64,000 nucleotides of DNA, from contig OZ024745.1 of the NCBI GenBank assembly GCA_964016885.1, positions 82,460,001 through 82,524,000 on the forward strand. The letters run 5' to 3'. A model generated the notes under the pieces. The model did not search any database and had not been told where the DNA came from. It saw only the letters and a program-made list of their open reading frames with translations. The stretch's first letter is position 1. Each line of letters opens with the position of its first letter. Shown in pieces: positions 12,463 through 25,737 of the stretch. The DNA comes from Eledone cirrhosa. Taxonomy: Eukaryota. The translations under genes and the position numbers were made by a program.

Positions 12463-13164
12463 CACTTCCTTATATGGGAAGATTGTAGTTGTCAAGAGGA
12501 TTGGTTAACATTTGTTGTAAACACAAATAAGTCTATCATGGTATTTGGTGGGAGGTAGGGGTGGCTGAACTTGCCTGTAGAACAATAGGCGGGTGAGTGG
12601 AGCGGTCAAGCGTTGAAAGTGACATGTATACAGCAGTTTCTGAGGATAGAGTATGAAGTGGAGGAGGGAGGTTATAGAATAGGTAAATCGAATGAGAGTA
12701 GGAGACAATAAAAGATTATATAAAGAAATATAAAAATATATAAAATTAGATGAGAAATGAATTAAAAAATCACAATGCTATCTTATATATATATATACAG
12801 ATATATATACAGGTTAATAAGTTGAGAATAGAAAAAACTTATAGAAATTGAGAAGTACCAGAACTGATACAGAATTAAAGGGGCTTAACACGTCTGCTAT
12901 AAGTAGTTAATAAAACGTATCCGGCCATTCTATCTTAAGATTTCAGGGGTGGGGGAACTGATGCTATAGAGGCCCGATGGGCTGCATCGGGGTAGGCCAA
13001 GGGAAAAGCAGACGAGGAAGAAAATAGGGGGTTGAAGGAAGTGATATGATCAGACAGCGGGAAGAAGAAGACAAAGAGGAAAAGAAAAGAAAAGAGATAC
13101 ATCTACCTAAGTAAGCTGGGATTTCCCCTAACTTATTCGGCAAGTAGTGGGTATGAGCCCTTGT

Positions 13165-14598
13165 CTACCCACCCGGGTCGTTATGGGGTTTGAGGGCGAG
13201 GTAAGTCCTATGCAATCTGTGTGTGCATGCGGTTACCACTTCCTCCTTCTTGTTTAGGAGTTGGTCCTTCGAAAACAGCATTTGTAATGTTTCCTCCGAG
13301 CATAAGTTACACGGACAGCGTCCTCCCGTATAAGAGTTCGCTTTGGACAGTAAGCTCCAAGTGAGATTGTATGTTATATTATTATCTTGGAGGTCCCAGA
13401 TGTGGCCCAAAAGTGTAGTGGCATGTCGCCGGACCGGGTTTCGGAAAGTATGTCGGTGTTGGTAGACTTCGGTCTTGAAGTCACACGCGGTTAACCCTAT
13501 ATAATCTTTGTTGGAGGTGTCCGTCCTCACGTTGCACTGGTAGATCACGTTACGTTCTCGGCATTTGTTGTTGAGGGGGCACGTAGATCTATCAGGACAG
13601 TTACACCTCCTGGTCGGCTCTCCACTGATGTCTAGGTTATTTCTTCCATAGGGGTTGAGTTTTTTGTTGTTTGAGGAGACGATATTTTGTGCGAAGTTAG
13701 GTGTGATGCTGTAGGAGAGTTTGATGGTGTTTTTGTTGATTATGTTGTGGTAGCGGTGTTGTAGTGGAAAGTGTTTTTTGAGGAGTCTAAAGAAGATTTT
13801 CCCAATAGTTGTTGCCACCTCGGCATTATGGGGAGGATTGAACCACGTTACGTTGCGTGAGCGGCGGTGTCGCCTGCTGGATCCGCTAGGGGAAGCTGGA
13901 TAAAAGGATATTTCCTCCCGGAAGCCACTCCGCTTGAGGGCCTGGTTGTAATGAGGCGCGTTTTCGTCGAATATCTGCTCATTAGCGGACAAACGAGATA
14001 TGCGGAGGGAGATGTTTTTAACCAGATTTTTGGTGATGTTTCTATGATGGTTAGAGTGGCGGTGGATGTAATGCATGTTGTCGTTTGGTTTCCTGTATGG
14101 GAAGTACAGATCATTTTTGAGGTTAAGGGTAACGTCCAGGAAATTGACTCGGGTTAGGGACGTTTGTAGGGTCATTTTAAATCCCCAGTCCCGGAAGAAG
14201 TTGATTAGTTGTTTACGGACCCGGTCTGTACTACTGGGGTTGTACCCTTTGAGGGTGAGGAGCCCATCATTCCGGTACAATCCACCGCCGAATGCAGGAA
14301 ACATTTCGGTGAGTTTAAATAGTAGGAATAATCCTATAAGATCTGTGACCTCAGCCGAATCCGTCGCGCCCATACTGACGTCGAAGGGGGAGTCGGGAGC
14401 TCTCTTTATCCACTTAGACTTGTCGAAAAGTAGGACTGTCTTCCTGGCGTGGAGAATGATATTTCTTTCCTGCTCAGTGATGGGTGTGAGTGTTTCGGCA
14501 AAGTCCAAGGCGGCCGTAAGGAGCGGTAAGGTAATAGATGCATAGTAACTCTCTATGTCAAACTGGATGAATTTTGTGTCTATTAGACATCCCTTCAT
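13165..14598 (-). CDS. PLE-3 RT C-half + GIY-YIG
   Basis: FDIESYY, FDVSMGA, GLYRNDG (YRDD with D>N), NFLDV, YRKPND, WFNPP, CNC..CPL..C..VIY..YIG, CNLC, LLNKKEE..CTH. Confidence 0.9.
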   Translation of the reverse strand: MKGCLIDTKFIQFDIESYYASITLPLLTAALDFAETLTPITEQERNIILHARKTVLLFDKSKWIKRAPDSPFDVSMGATDSAEVTDLIGLFLLFKLTEMFPAFGGGLYRNDGLLTLKGYNPSSTDRVRKQLINFFRDWGFKMTLQTSLTRVNFLDVTLNLKNDLYFPYRKPNDNMHYIHRHSNHHRNITKNLVKNISLRISRLSANEQIFDENAPHYNQALKRSGFREEISFYPASPSGSSRRHRRSRNVTWFNPPHNAEVATTIGKIFFRLLKKHFPLQHRYHNIINKNTIKLSYSITPNFAQNIVSSNNKKLNPYGRNNLDISGEPTRRCNCPDRSTCPLNNKCRERNVIYQCNVRTDTSNKDYIGLTACDFKTEVYQHRHTFRNPVRRHATTLLGHIWDLQDNNITYNLTWSLLSKANSYTGGRCPCNLCSEETLQMLFSKDQLLNKKEEVVTACTHRLHRTYLALKPHNDPGG

Positions 14599-15000
14599 CT
14601 AATATAGACCACTTAAACAATGAATCCGCTTTGCCCCACATAAAAATTACCATCCTCACTACAATGAAAATATTTTATCTGTCAGATAATAAATAAATCT
14701 TACGGTCAGCAAACTTACAGTAAAGTAAATGGTCCATTGTTTTAAGCCCCAGGTTATCTCTACACTATATATAATATACCCATGACAGCTTTTACATGTC
14801 AATGTCATACATCTGCTTCGTATCAGCTCGTTTTACATGCTAAAGTCATCAGTATACTCTATGTCTTACTTAGATTGATGTTGTGATTATTTAAACTATT
14901 TACAGTCTAGCTAATTTATTTGAGTATTGTTATTATTGTTCTGTTTTAATGCAACTACTATATATCGAAGCCATGCCTGTGTATTTCCTTCATTCTCGCA

Positions 15001-15108
15001 TGCTCTGATGAATTGACTGGTTATAACAAAGTATTGGTGATCACTTGACGCAAAAACAGGCGGGTAGCGAACTCTAGACATACCACTTCAGAGAAACAAT
15101 TTTCAGCA
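15001..15108 (+). ncRNA. Hammerhead with long stem II insertion (one stem III mismatch)
   Basis: TGCT CTGATGA ...~80 nt... GAAA CAATTT TC AGCA. Confidence 0.6.
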
Positions 15109-15390
15109 ATGTGAATAAAGCCCTTATTGTATAACAAACTTGATTTATATAAATATATATATATATATAAATATATATATATATACTATGTTATACATAA
15201 TATGTATGATGATTATGTTTAGCAAACCTATCTGTAGAAAAACATGTATGATGATTATGTTTATCAAACCCGTCTGTAGAAAAACACATTAGACATTTGT
15301 CCATTAATAATTCAAATTATATAGAGAGAAAGTTTCGTATATTGTTAGTGAAACACATAGTATTTTGTACATATACATAAATCATATAAT

Positions 15391-15576
15391 TCTTTCTACT
15401 TTTGGCACAAGGTCAGTAATTTTTCAGTGCATTACAGATACTTTATTTTATCGACCCCGTAAGGATCAAAGGCAAAGTTAACCTCGGGGGGATTTGAACT
15501 CAGAATGGCAAGGGCCGTAACTCTATGCATCAAAGTATGGTGTCCGACCCTCTACCGATACTGCCAATCCACCGTC
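15391..15576 (-). mobile_element. tRNA-derived SINE, family 1 (Nin-core)
   Basis: Matches 21892-22076; A/B boxes and GCCTTT.ATCCTTACGGGGTCGATAAAATAAAGTA core. Confidence 0.85.
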
Positions 15577-15697
15577 ATAAGTCATAATATTTACGGAAAA
15601 GCACTTGAAATGTATGCTTTGCATATATATATATATGTCTCACTAACGATATATGGCTCTTTCTCTATATATATATACATATATCTTTTTATTATAA

Positions 15698-15728
<31 letters not shown>

Positions 15729-15796
15729 ATAAAAAGATACGAATTGTCAGCACGAATTAGCAACCCACTTCGAACTCTGGATTAACCCCTTTACCT

Positions 15797-15833
15797 TCCT
15801 CAGACGAAGAGATATTATCTCGAAATATCAGGA
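15797..15833 (+). ncRNA. Minimal hammerhead, degenerate (CAGACGA)
   Basis: TCCT CAGACGA a GAGAT att ATCTC GAAA TA TC AGGA. Confidence 0.7.
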
Positions 15834-15964
15834 TATATGAATAAATTAAGGTAAAATACTAATTGGAAGCGTTATCTCTTGTATGTATATTCGTTCTCAA
15901 AACCTGCATTGTTCTGGCCTTCTAACTCCTCACTATACAATGCTTCAGGTAAGCTACCAATTCC

Positions 15965-16071
<107 letters not shown>

Positions 16072-16149
16072 CATGATATATCGTTTGAGAAACAAATACT
16101 ATTTTGTACACATCTATTTAGAGCAAATAATACAGGAAAATATACATAT

Positions 16150-16805
16150 ATTCTCCCTCTTCTTCGCACACTTACCCCTTAGAAGGTCCTCAAATACTTC
16201 TTCTAGTGTGTCCTGTGCGAAGCAACCGTCTCCAACTGATGCAGCTGGACCTCCAACCTAGACCAGCCAATCATGGTTGTTATCTACCTATCTTTCTCGT
16301 GGGTTACTCCTGTGTCTCCTGTCGGTTTATTTTGCCCGTTAAATCTGTCCAGCGATTCTTTCCTGAGACATTCTAGCCACATGCCCATATTATCGGAGCT
16401 ATGATTTCTCAATTCGAAGAAGTAGCGGCTCTACCTGGAGAGACTCTCTGATCTCCGAGCTACATACTCTATCCAGTAATGTTGTTCCAAGGACCTTTCG
16501 GAGGACCCCATTTCAGTCGCTTGTATTCGGGATCGTATTCTTTTGGTCATTACCCAACATACATGACTATAGGAAAATGCTAGGACGTGTGCCAAATTGA
16601 AGCTAGCGAGTTTTGCTTTTACACATATCTCCCTTCTTCTGATTACTGAATGTTGAAATTGGCGCATTACTGTATCAGCTGCTGTAATACGTGCACTTAA
16701 TTCAGACTCCTGCCCTCCATCACTCGAGACTACGGCCCCAAGATACTTCTCTTCATACTTGAGTGGAACTCCATTCACATGTAGAGTGCACTGCGCCAGC
16801 TTCCT
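16150..16805 (-). mobile_element. RTE-clade LINE 3' fragment (degenerate)
   Basis: KYLGAVVSSDG..ELSARI..KAKLA..WVMTKRIRSRIQATEM resembles the RTE RT C-terminus. Confidence 0.75.
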
Positions 16806-17397
16806 TGACAGGTCATAGTACTGATTTTCATTACAGTCACGCAGCACAGTGGGCTAGAGTTTGCGGTGTTACTTAACTCGACGGAATGTGATATCCGACA
16901 TGCACGTGATAGGTTTGATGACGAGTGCTACATACTCTAAGATGGTAAAAATGTAATTTCCTTCCTTACAGCGCTGTTTCATAGGCCAAAAGATCGCAGC
17001 AAAACCCACTTACAGTGTGGGACATATATTAAGACAATTCCTCTGATGATTAATTTTGTATTTCCGTGTCTTACCAAAATCAATATTAGGGAATCATTAA
17101 TTGATTATTTAGATCGATGGTTCTGTTTTATCTTTTGGTCTATAAAACAGTACTGTAAAGAAAGAATTGACATTTTTACAATCTTAAAGTATGTATATAT
17201 TCTTGAAACCACTGATATATATATATGTACAGAATAATATGTGTTTCTCAAAAGATACATGATTTTCTCTCTCTCTACATATATCTTTCAAATTTGAATA
17301 ATTAATGCTCTGAACCAAGGTCCATTGAGATTATCTATAGAGAAACATGCTCATCATATATATTAAAAATGTAAATATGTATTGTTATCTTAGCACA

Positions 17398-17430
<33 letters not shown>

Positions 17431-17438
<8 letters not shown>

Positions 17439-17868
17439 TAAACGGAATAGAAAATGCTGACAAATTGTTCACAGTTGAAAAATGGTTTAATTAGGAATAA
17501 AAGAGTATTAGTGATTGTATGGGTTAGTATTCAGTTGTGGTTTAAAGTTTTTAAGTTTTTACCGGTTGCGCATTTCTAAATGCTTTTCAAAAATAATTTT
17601 GAGATAGAGTGTCCGTGCTGTTTGCTCTGATCTCAGATCAGAGCAAACAGCACGGACACTCTATCTCAAAATTATTTTTGAAAAGCATTTAGAAATGCGC
17701 AACCGGTAAAAACTTAAAAACTTTAAACCACAACTGAATACTAACCCATACAATCACTAATACTCTTTTATTCCTAATTAAACCATTTTTCAACTGTGAA
17801 CAATTTGTCAGCATTTTCTATTCCGTTTACCAATATATAATAACTTGTGTGTTACACCTCTATTCTTT

Positions 17869-17876
<8 letters not shown>
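17431..17876. repeat. Solo fold-back palindrome of the PLE-2 pseudo-LTR
   Basis: ~200-bp arms with a 1-nt spacer at 17634, matching 8910-9150; embedded in (TA)n. Confidence 0.9.
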
Positions 17877-17926
<50 letters not shown>

Positions 17927-17991
17927 TATATACACATATATATATATACATATATATATACACATATATATATACACTTACACACACACGC

Positions 17992-18038
<47 letters not shown>

Positions 18039-18079
18039 TCAAAATATTAACAAAAATAGACATTTGTGTGCTCAAGTAT

Positions 18080-18144
18080 ATTTTATTATACATATTTCAG
18101 AGGTACTGAGCTATCTTCAACAGTACGTCCTCATCAGATAAAAT
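18080..18144 (-). ncRNA. Hammerhead (intact core)
   Basis: ATTTTAT CTGATGA gga..GTACTG..CAGTAC..ct GAAA TATGTA T A ATAAAAT: 7-bp stem I. Confidence 0.78.
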
Positions 18145-18894
18145 AAGATGATGCATAACATACCCTGACTTAGTAGATGGTTAAGATTCATTCATATATA
18201 AGAATAAGATATGACAAAACTCAATATTTATATACCTTAAGATTGAGACATGAAAGAATTTACATATAATACAGAGGGTGCGTGTGAGAAAGCTTAAAAA
18301 TACATAATAGCAATTTACATAACTGTTAGAGATTCAAATAATTTAAATTATTGAAGAAAGAAGAAAGAAAGAAGAAAGACAGAGAGAAACAGATGAGGAG
18401 AAAATATAGTTACTAGAAGTATAGAAAGCAAAAGAGAATTGATCAAGGATAGAGAGACAAGGAGGAATAATTTTTATAGTGTAAAGCATAGGGAGGGAAA
18501 TTTGTATTGTCGTGGATGAATAGGGTGTGATTAGATGATGCAAACATATATATATCTATATAAATACATTCATATACATTTGGGCATAGCTTTGTGAAAG
18601 AGTAAACTCGAATCTTTGAATTATCTAGAAGTATCCATCAATCTAAATATTAAATATATCTGGGTGTAATTATATGAGGGTATAATTTCGAGTCCTTAGT
18701 TAATTAGAAATATACTAACAATTAATTATATACGCTATATATATCCAAACGTATCCGGCTGACCGTAACATTTCGAATCATTTATGTTAGTTCAGAATAA
18801 TGAATTAATCTAAAGGTATATTATTTCAGGCTATAAAAGTTTATAAATATCTATATTAATATTAAAGTATACTAACATATTTAATTTATAAAAT

Positions 18895-20030
18895 CATATT
18901 TAAAGTATTTGCAAACATGAGAAAGAAGACACTTAGTATTTTCATCCACACGAAGGTAATCCATATTTAAATTATATTATCTTATATTATATTAAAATTT
19001 TTTTTTATTATATTAAAATAGTAATTCTCATTATATAATTTAGAAAATAATTACAGTTATAACTTTAAAAATTTAAAATTAACAATTAGAATGCCTTAAA
19101 GTATCTAAAGGCCTTATAATTAAACTTAAAAAAGGTATTATTAAATTAGATATACGCATTTGTCTAAATATATACAAAGAGTATATTGTCTAAAGTTCAA
19201 GACGATATTAGTCAGTTATACGTAACATAATATAACATAATATAATAAATAAGTTACTGTTAATATTGTTAAAATTAAGGTTTTAGATCAATTATTATAT
19301 TAGGATCATGTAATACATATATACTATAAATATACAAATCAAACTTCATGAATCATAAGGATAAGAACCAAATTCAAGGTAAATAAGTAAATTGTTTGAG
19401 ATCATATAAGTGCCAAATATCTAAGCTATATAATTTAAAAATACAAGAAAATTTTAAAGGATCTATATTGTAGTATAATATCATATTTAAAGTGTCTGCA
19501 AACACGAGAAAGAGAAAACTTAAGAATTTCATCGACCCGAAGGTAACCCGAATTTAATTAAATTAAAAAAATAATAATCGTTATATAATTTAGAAAATAT
19601 TTAACAATTATAACACTAGAATGTCCTTAAGTATCTAAAGTACTTATAAATGTAGCTAGAAGCATGTTATTAAACCAGATATTCACAATTGTCCAAATAT
19701 ATACAGAGTATTCTGTTCGGAACTCAAGACGATATTAGTGATCCATATACATATAATAAATAAATAATAAAATCATTGTTAGTAAAGTTATAATTGAAGT
19801 TTTACATCAAGTTAAGTGGAAAAGGTTTGTCAACTAGGATCGTGTGCGACGCATATACCATACATATATATACATAAATATAAATATATAAATCAAACAT
19901 CCTGAATCTTAAAACTAACATACTCCAAAAGAATAAATACATAAATACATAAATGCAAGAATGGTTTACGGTTCATTACAACTGTCAACCATATACGCTA
20001 TATATTTAAAAAAATACAAGAATCCCAATC
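18895..20030. repeat. Diverged ~587-bp tandem duplication
   Basis: catatttaaagt.t.tgcaaaca.gagaaag at 18895 and 19482, with colinear similarity downstream. Confidence 0.75.
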
Positions 20031-21064
20031 AAATTAAATATATCTACACAATCAAATGATATGCATATTCATCAAGAGATAATGTTAACAATCTATATGT
20101 TAATATATTTATATAGAACCCATAATCTAACATTAATCATATCATAAATGGGTAAAAATTATTATAAGGTTTTATAATCGGTTATAACATTTTACGCAAT
20201 CAGTTGATAAGAGACGTCAAAAATTAGAACCTATTTATTTAGTGTTTTTTCCTGACTTTTTGCGAGGCTTGAAATGTAGAGGAAGCTTTATGAAGGCAAT
20301 TTGAGAATAATTCACTTTTTTTGTTAATTAAATTTTCATAATTAGTAATTATTAATAGGGTCTCCATAGTACAGAGATTGCAGTTAGGTGATATTGAAGA
20401 ATTCAAGTAGATTCGACTATTACACAGCTTCGACCAAGAAATCGAGTATTTTAAATGTTTGTCTTTTAACGACCATATAAGTTGTGATAAAGAAGTCGAA
20501 GATTTCCTATTAGGATTCGAAAAAGAGCATTTGTGATTCGAAAATCTTAATTTAAATCTCGATGAAGTTGCACCAATATAGTTGTATGTGATGTTATTTG
20601 CTTTTACGGGGCATTTATAGACCAGATTGCTATCCAGACAATTATTTTGCAGAGGGCAATTTGATCTATTTCTACTATTACATTTCGATTTATTTTTATT
20701 ACTATAAATTGGACAATTGACATTAACATTGTTAGTACTTTGAAGTGTTCTATTGACTGTGCTTAGATTAATGTTATTGTTATTCCTAGTATTAATATTG
20801 CTAGAGTTATTATATTCATTATCGTTAATTGTTTGTTGATTATGATTTAGAATTCTACTATTTATTTTTGCGATGTTCTGGGCCATATTCATTCTTTGAT
20901 TTATTCATTGAACCTTGTTTAACCTTTAAATATATATATATATATATTTAAAGGTTAAACATATATATATATATATGTATGTAAACGGTAAACAGAAATA
21001 ACAACACCATCGGTACAGTATATGGAAGGTATATATTAGGTTAACGCTTGATATAGCAGGAATG

Positions 21065-21541
21065 TAATAATATTGCCAGAAATAATAACAGGACATACTC
21101 ACTGTTTGGTTGGTTTTCGCTTCTGTATCTTTTATATCTCCACAGTTAATTCATTTGGTCCTCAATGTTTATCATTGACTGACCCACGGTCAAAGATACA
21201 GATATAAACTCATATATATAGTCTAACAAAGTTCTTTCGTTGCACATCTGCAACATCATCAGTGGTACTATTATGTTTCCTCCTGTTGTATTGTATGTCT
21301 ACGCCATTTTTATTTTATCTGTTTATTTATTTATTTATTTATATTTCTCTTCAGCCAGTATTGTTTGTTTGGGTGTTGTTATTCCATTCACTTTTTCTGT
21401 TTAGCTTTGGCCTTCTAGGCTCTATTTCGCTTGCCTCTCTGATTTGCCTACCTGCTGGGTCATTTCTATGTTTAGATATTATTTTAATTTCTATGTCGTC
21501 TATGTTACCGTCATGCTGTTGTCTGGCGTGTTCGTATAGTA
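21065..21541 (-). mobile_element. PLE-1-related 3' fragment with hammerhead at 21226-21266
   Basis: Similar to 3230-3925; acca CTGATGA t GTTGCA gatg TGCAAC GAAA GAAC T T tg. Confidence 0.85.
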
Positions 21542-21594
21542 ATTCCCCCCATATAATAGTGAAATGGTCGGGGGTACAAAAAAGGTTTATTTAC

Positions 21595-21707
21595 AGTATT
21601 AACAATTGTTTCATTGATCAGGTGCGTCTAAAGGCCGCTGATTACTCGAAATTGCGGCACTCGACCTTAAATACAATGTGTGTCTCTACTCAAATCATCG
21701 GAATACT
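21595..21707 (-). ncRNA. Hammerhead, CCGAUGA variant with ~85-nt stem II
   Basis: AGTATT CCGATGA tTTGA...TCAAt GAAA CAATTG T T AATACT. Confidence 0.72.
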
Positions 21708-21891
21708 AGAGGGTGTAACACATGGCATTGGTATTTATAGATACATCGGAGAATCAAGTGAATGAAAACAATAACATCAATAATAAAAGATAATATTATC
21801 TTTTATTATTATTGTTATAGTTTAATTATTAGTGTATAATATGTTAGTGTATTACTGGTACTTTATATATATGATATATCTATACATTATA

Positions 21892-22076
21892 GGTGGATTG
21901 GCAGTATCGGTAGAGGGTCTGACGCCATGCTTTGCAGCAAAGAGTTACGGCCCTTTATGGTCTGAGTTCAAATCCCGCCGAGGTTAACTTTGCCTTTCAT
22001 CCTTACGGGGTCGATAAAATAAAGTACCAGTAATACACTAGGATAATTGCTGGCCTTGTGCCAAAAGTGGAAATAA
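21892..22076 (+). mobile_element. tRNA-derived SINE, family 1 (Nin-core)
   Basis: A box TGGCAGTATCGG, B box GAGTTCAAATCC, core GCCTTTCATCCTTACGGGGTCGATAAAATAAAGTACCA. Confidence 0.88.
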
Positions 22077-22834
22077 TTATATATATATAATATATTTATA
22101 TATGTAATATATAAATATATAATATCATGTATATATATCCCACATCTCTCCTCTTCCGACCATCGCTTCATGGAATACCCACACGCAGAAATTGACCAAT
22201 AACCAATCCACTAAACATCTTCGGATTTTACCAACTTTTCAACCACCCTCTTACGTAATCACCTATATAACTCAGCCACATACACCGCCCCAAAAAATTT
22301 GTTTCTCCACACGCCACCTACACCCACAACACGCTTAAACCCCACACACACGTGCTTCCCACCACATAACTACATCCTCAGCCTCTTGATTCCTCTCCCC
22401 CCACCCCTCTATCCACACACGCACAGACACTCCGACCCACAAACCCCCCCACACACACCTCTTCCTGAACATGCAACGCCGTTCTTCCCCCAACCCTTAC
22501 TTTCACATACACACACACACACACACGCACACCTACACACACACACCACCTTCAGCCCTCCCCGCTCGGACACCCCGTCTCCCTCTCCCCACTCCACCCG
22601 CCACCACCCCTACACACCCCACACCCTTCCACCACCTGTTTAACCCCCTTTTAATTTCAGTTTATTTTGATCATGCCTTTATTTTTAAATTTATCTCATT
22701 CCTTGTATTTTGATCATGCTTTATTTTTATTTTTATCTTTATTTTTTATTTTTTCATTCGCACCGTTTCCTTTCGCTATATGTCTCTCCACCACTCCCCT
22801 ACATACCCTTTGAACTCTGTTCCCACACACTTCC

Positions 22835-22867
22835 CACCTGAGGAAGGGCTTATGCCCGACACGTCGT
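22835..22867 (+). ncRNA. Degenerate minimal hammerhead
   Basis: cac CTGAGGA a GGGC ttat GCCC GACA CG TC gt. Confidence 0.65.
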
Positions 22868-22955
22868 CCCCCACCAACACCCCACTCTCAAGAGCGTGAA
22901 ATTAATAAACATTTGTTGTACTGCCTCTCTGTCTTGTCCCTGTTCAAATTTTTCC

Positions 22956-22999
<44 letters not shown>

Positions 23000-23376
23000 T
23001 ATTACATGCTTATAATATCGTATATATATATATATATATAATATATATGATATATATATATATGATATTATATGCATATAATATATATATATATATATGA
23101 TAGTATATATGATATTATATATATATAATATATATATGATATTATATATATATAATATATATATATGATATTATATATATATAATATATTTATATATGAT
23201 ATCATTAATATATAATATATATATATAATATATATAAATAACATATATATATATAGTATATCTATATATATAATATAAATATATTATTACATATATATAA
23301 TATCATATATATATAATATATATATATTATATATATATATAATATATATATCTATATCTATATCTATATATATATC

Positions 23377-23460
<84 letters not shown>

Positions 23461-23497
23461 ATATGTAAGATCAAAAGATGGTTAAATGAGTTCCATG

Positions 23498-23568
23498 TAT
23501 TTTATTATGCGCATTTCAAAAACAAATATCATCATGCAATAACATTTGTGTTTTCATCAGATAAAATA
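23498..23568 (-). ncRNA. Hammerhead (intact core)
   Basis: TATTTTAT CTGATGA aaacACAAAT...ATTTGTtttt GAAA TGCGCA T A ATAAAATA: 8-bp stem I, palindromic stem III. Confidence 0.83.
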
Positions 23569-23930
23569 GGACATGATATGAAGGTTAAAAAACACTTGTG
23601 GATAGTGCAGTTTTAAATCAACATATGAAAAGTAGTTTTAGATTGATGTGTGATATTGGGAAAAAAAAAAAAAAAATTTGAGGGTGGGGGTGGGGTGGAA
23701 AGGATGAAAAAGAGGAGGAGATGAGAGTAAAAAGTGGAGGGGAGGAGCATAGTGAGGAAGGATGAGATAGGAGGAGAGATGGGTGATAGAGAGAGAGAGA
23801 TAGCTTTTATAACGCGCATTCTTTCCCTCGTTTAAATTTTAAATAATTTTCTCCCCATAACGGCATTCCTGTCTTAACGACATCACAACTTTCTCCGCTT
23901 GGCCTGTTCCCCCCCCCCCTTTTGGAACTT

Positions 23931-23965
23931 TCCCCGTTGATGGGCGTGAGCCCGAAAAATTGGGA
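23931..23965 (+). ncRNA. Degenerate minimal hammerhead
   Basis: TCCC cgttga t GGGC gtga GCCC GAAA aa TT GGGA. Confidence 0.55.
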
Positions 23966-24156
23966 TTAAATCTCCACTACGGTAACCCTTCTACCTTTGT
24001 TTTGTTTTCATCTTTATCTCTCTCAATTTTCACTTTCACCTGTTTCTCCTATCTATCATTCACTTCCTACCTCGAGATTTCCCTCTGCATTGTTGTGGCT
24101 TTCTTAACTACGTATTTTACACATTTCACAATGCTTCAAGCAAACTTTAACACCCT

Positions 24157-24200
<44 letters not shown>

Positions 24201-25434
24201 CCTTTGAGAAAAGGATTCTGAATTGATAAAGTTTATCATATTAGCTGTATACTTTATGGAAAGTTCTGTGGAATTTATGCAAGCAGATAGAAAACAAGTC
24301 AGTGCGTCTATTTATTATAGAATCTAAATTAGATATAATGGTAAATTTTTCATTTAGACAGAGATTGTAAGTCTTAGATAGAGAACTGTTCAAGTATGAG
24401 GAGCAGAGGAAACCTTTTTCCAAGAGATGTTATATTAAATTTTTTTGTCTTTCAAGGACCATATGAGTTCTGAGAGAGCCGTGTTGGTTTTTTAAAGTTT
24501 ATATTTAAAAGACGAATGATGATTATAAAGACGAGCTTTAAAGGAGGTGGAGGTGGAGCCAAAATAGGTGAAGGAATTGGTGTCAGTTATAACTTTACAT
24601 TCGTAAATTAAGTTTTTATCAAGACAATGGTTGTTGAGAGGACATTTATTTTTAGCAGGGAAATTGCAATTGCGATTAGAGAGATTATTAACGAGTGACC
24701 TAGTGTTATCTATAGAAGGAATTGGATTGGAGAAGTTATTGGCGATAGGAATAATAGTTTCTTGATTTAGAATGGGATAAAGAACATTTAGCGAAGTTGT
24801 GTTTGACGTTGTATTTGGGTTTGCAGAAATTAGCCTAGAGTTTACAATGACGTCGGGAGTACTATTACTATTATTATGATATTCAGTGTTGGAAGGAAGA
24901 GATTTAGTATTTAGTATTTTATTGTTGTGTTTAGAGATAATGTTGGAAATGTTGGAGGATGTTGAATAGGAAAATTTTATAGTGTGTTTGTTAAATATTT
25001 TACTATAGATATGTGAGGGAGGGAAGCATTTATTTAAGGCACTAAAGAATAATTTAGGAATATTATTATTAATAGAGATGGAGAAAGGAGCATTATACCA
25101 GATTATGTTTTTGTATCTAGGTCTTTTATTATAGTTATTGGAATGATCATGATTAATTATTCTACTGTAAGATCTTCTAGAATTTGTTTCTTTATTATAT
25201 TTGATTTTATCAGGATAGCCGGCTTTAGAAAGAGCGTTATTATAGTAATTGGCGTTAGCATCGAAGATGTTTTTATTAGAAGATAGATTTGAAATGCGCA
25301 TAATAAAATACATGGAACTCATTTAACCATATTTTGATCTTATATATTATGTATACTCCAGTCCTACAAACTGTAGAGTGCTTCTTATCCGATATCTGCA
25401 TTGCTTTATTGTACTACAATAAAACTCACCTCCT

Positions 25435-25490
<56 letters not shown>

Positions 25491-25492
<2 letters not shown>

Positions 25493-25649
25493 TTATTAAA
25501 ATAACAGATTAAAGTTTAAGCAAAGAATTCTTTGCTTAAACTTTAATCTGTTATTTTAATAAATATTTGCTCTACGGTTCTTATATATTTGATATATATT
25601 TATCCTTATCGAGCCCTCTTTGGATTTTAGTCTTCAAATTTATTATTAT

Positions 25650-25655
<6 letters not shown>
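25491..25655. repeat. Palindromic solo tail of repeat family C
   Basis: Perfect palindrome centred on GAATTC (25525-30); family also at 37920-38390, 49605-49712, 53085-53420 and 54040-54330. Confidence 0.8.
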
Positions 25656-25726
<71 letters not shown>

Positions 25727-25737
25727 TAGATAGATAT

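Larger units (their letters stand above)
12270..14600 (-). mobile_element. Penelope-like retroelement PLE-3 (Nematis-like signature), 5'-truncated
   Basis: 477-aa ORF followed by a 3' UTR with a hammerhead and a tail ending at (TA)n near 12270. Confidence 0.88.
18035..20930 (-). mobile_element. PLE fragment: GIY-YIG ORF (20239-20892) + ~2-kb AT-rich 3' UTR + hammerhead
   Basis: KCN..NCPLQNNCLDSNLVYKC..YIGAT..RFSNH..CNLC..LINKKSE..CLH; bounded by (TA)n. Confidence 0.8.
23461..25436 (-). mobile_element. PLE fragment (thumb + GIY-YIG, frameshifted) with inverted tail and interrupted 3' UTR
   Basis: ORFs 24492-25322 and 24241-24423 (WYNAPFS, CPLNNHC..LIY..YFG); 25290-25345 is an inverted copy of 23461-23518; UTR 23612-23812 also matches 130-345. 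Confidence 0.82.

Noticed and set aside
14780-14858. CTGATGA-containing segment on the minus strand
   Set aside because: GAAA and stem III are too eroded to call a hammerhead.
17010-17165. Splice-like signals on the minus strand and CTGATGA at 17043
   Set aside because: Stops in all frames tested; no matching GAAA or stems.
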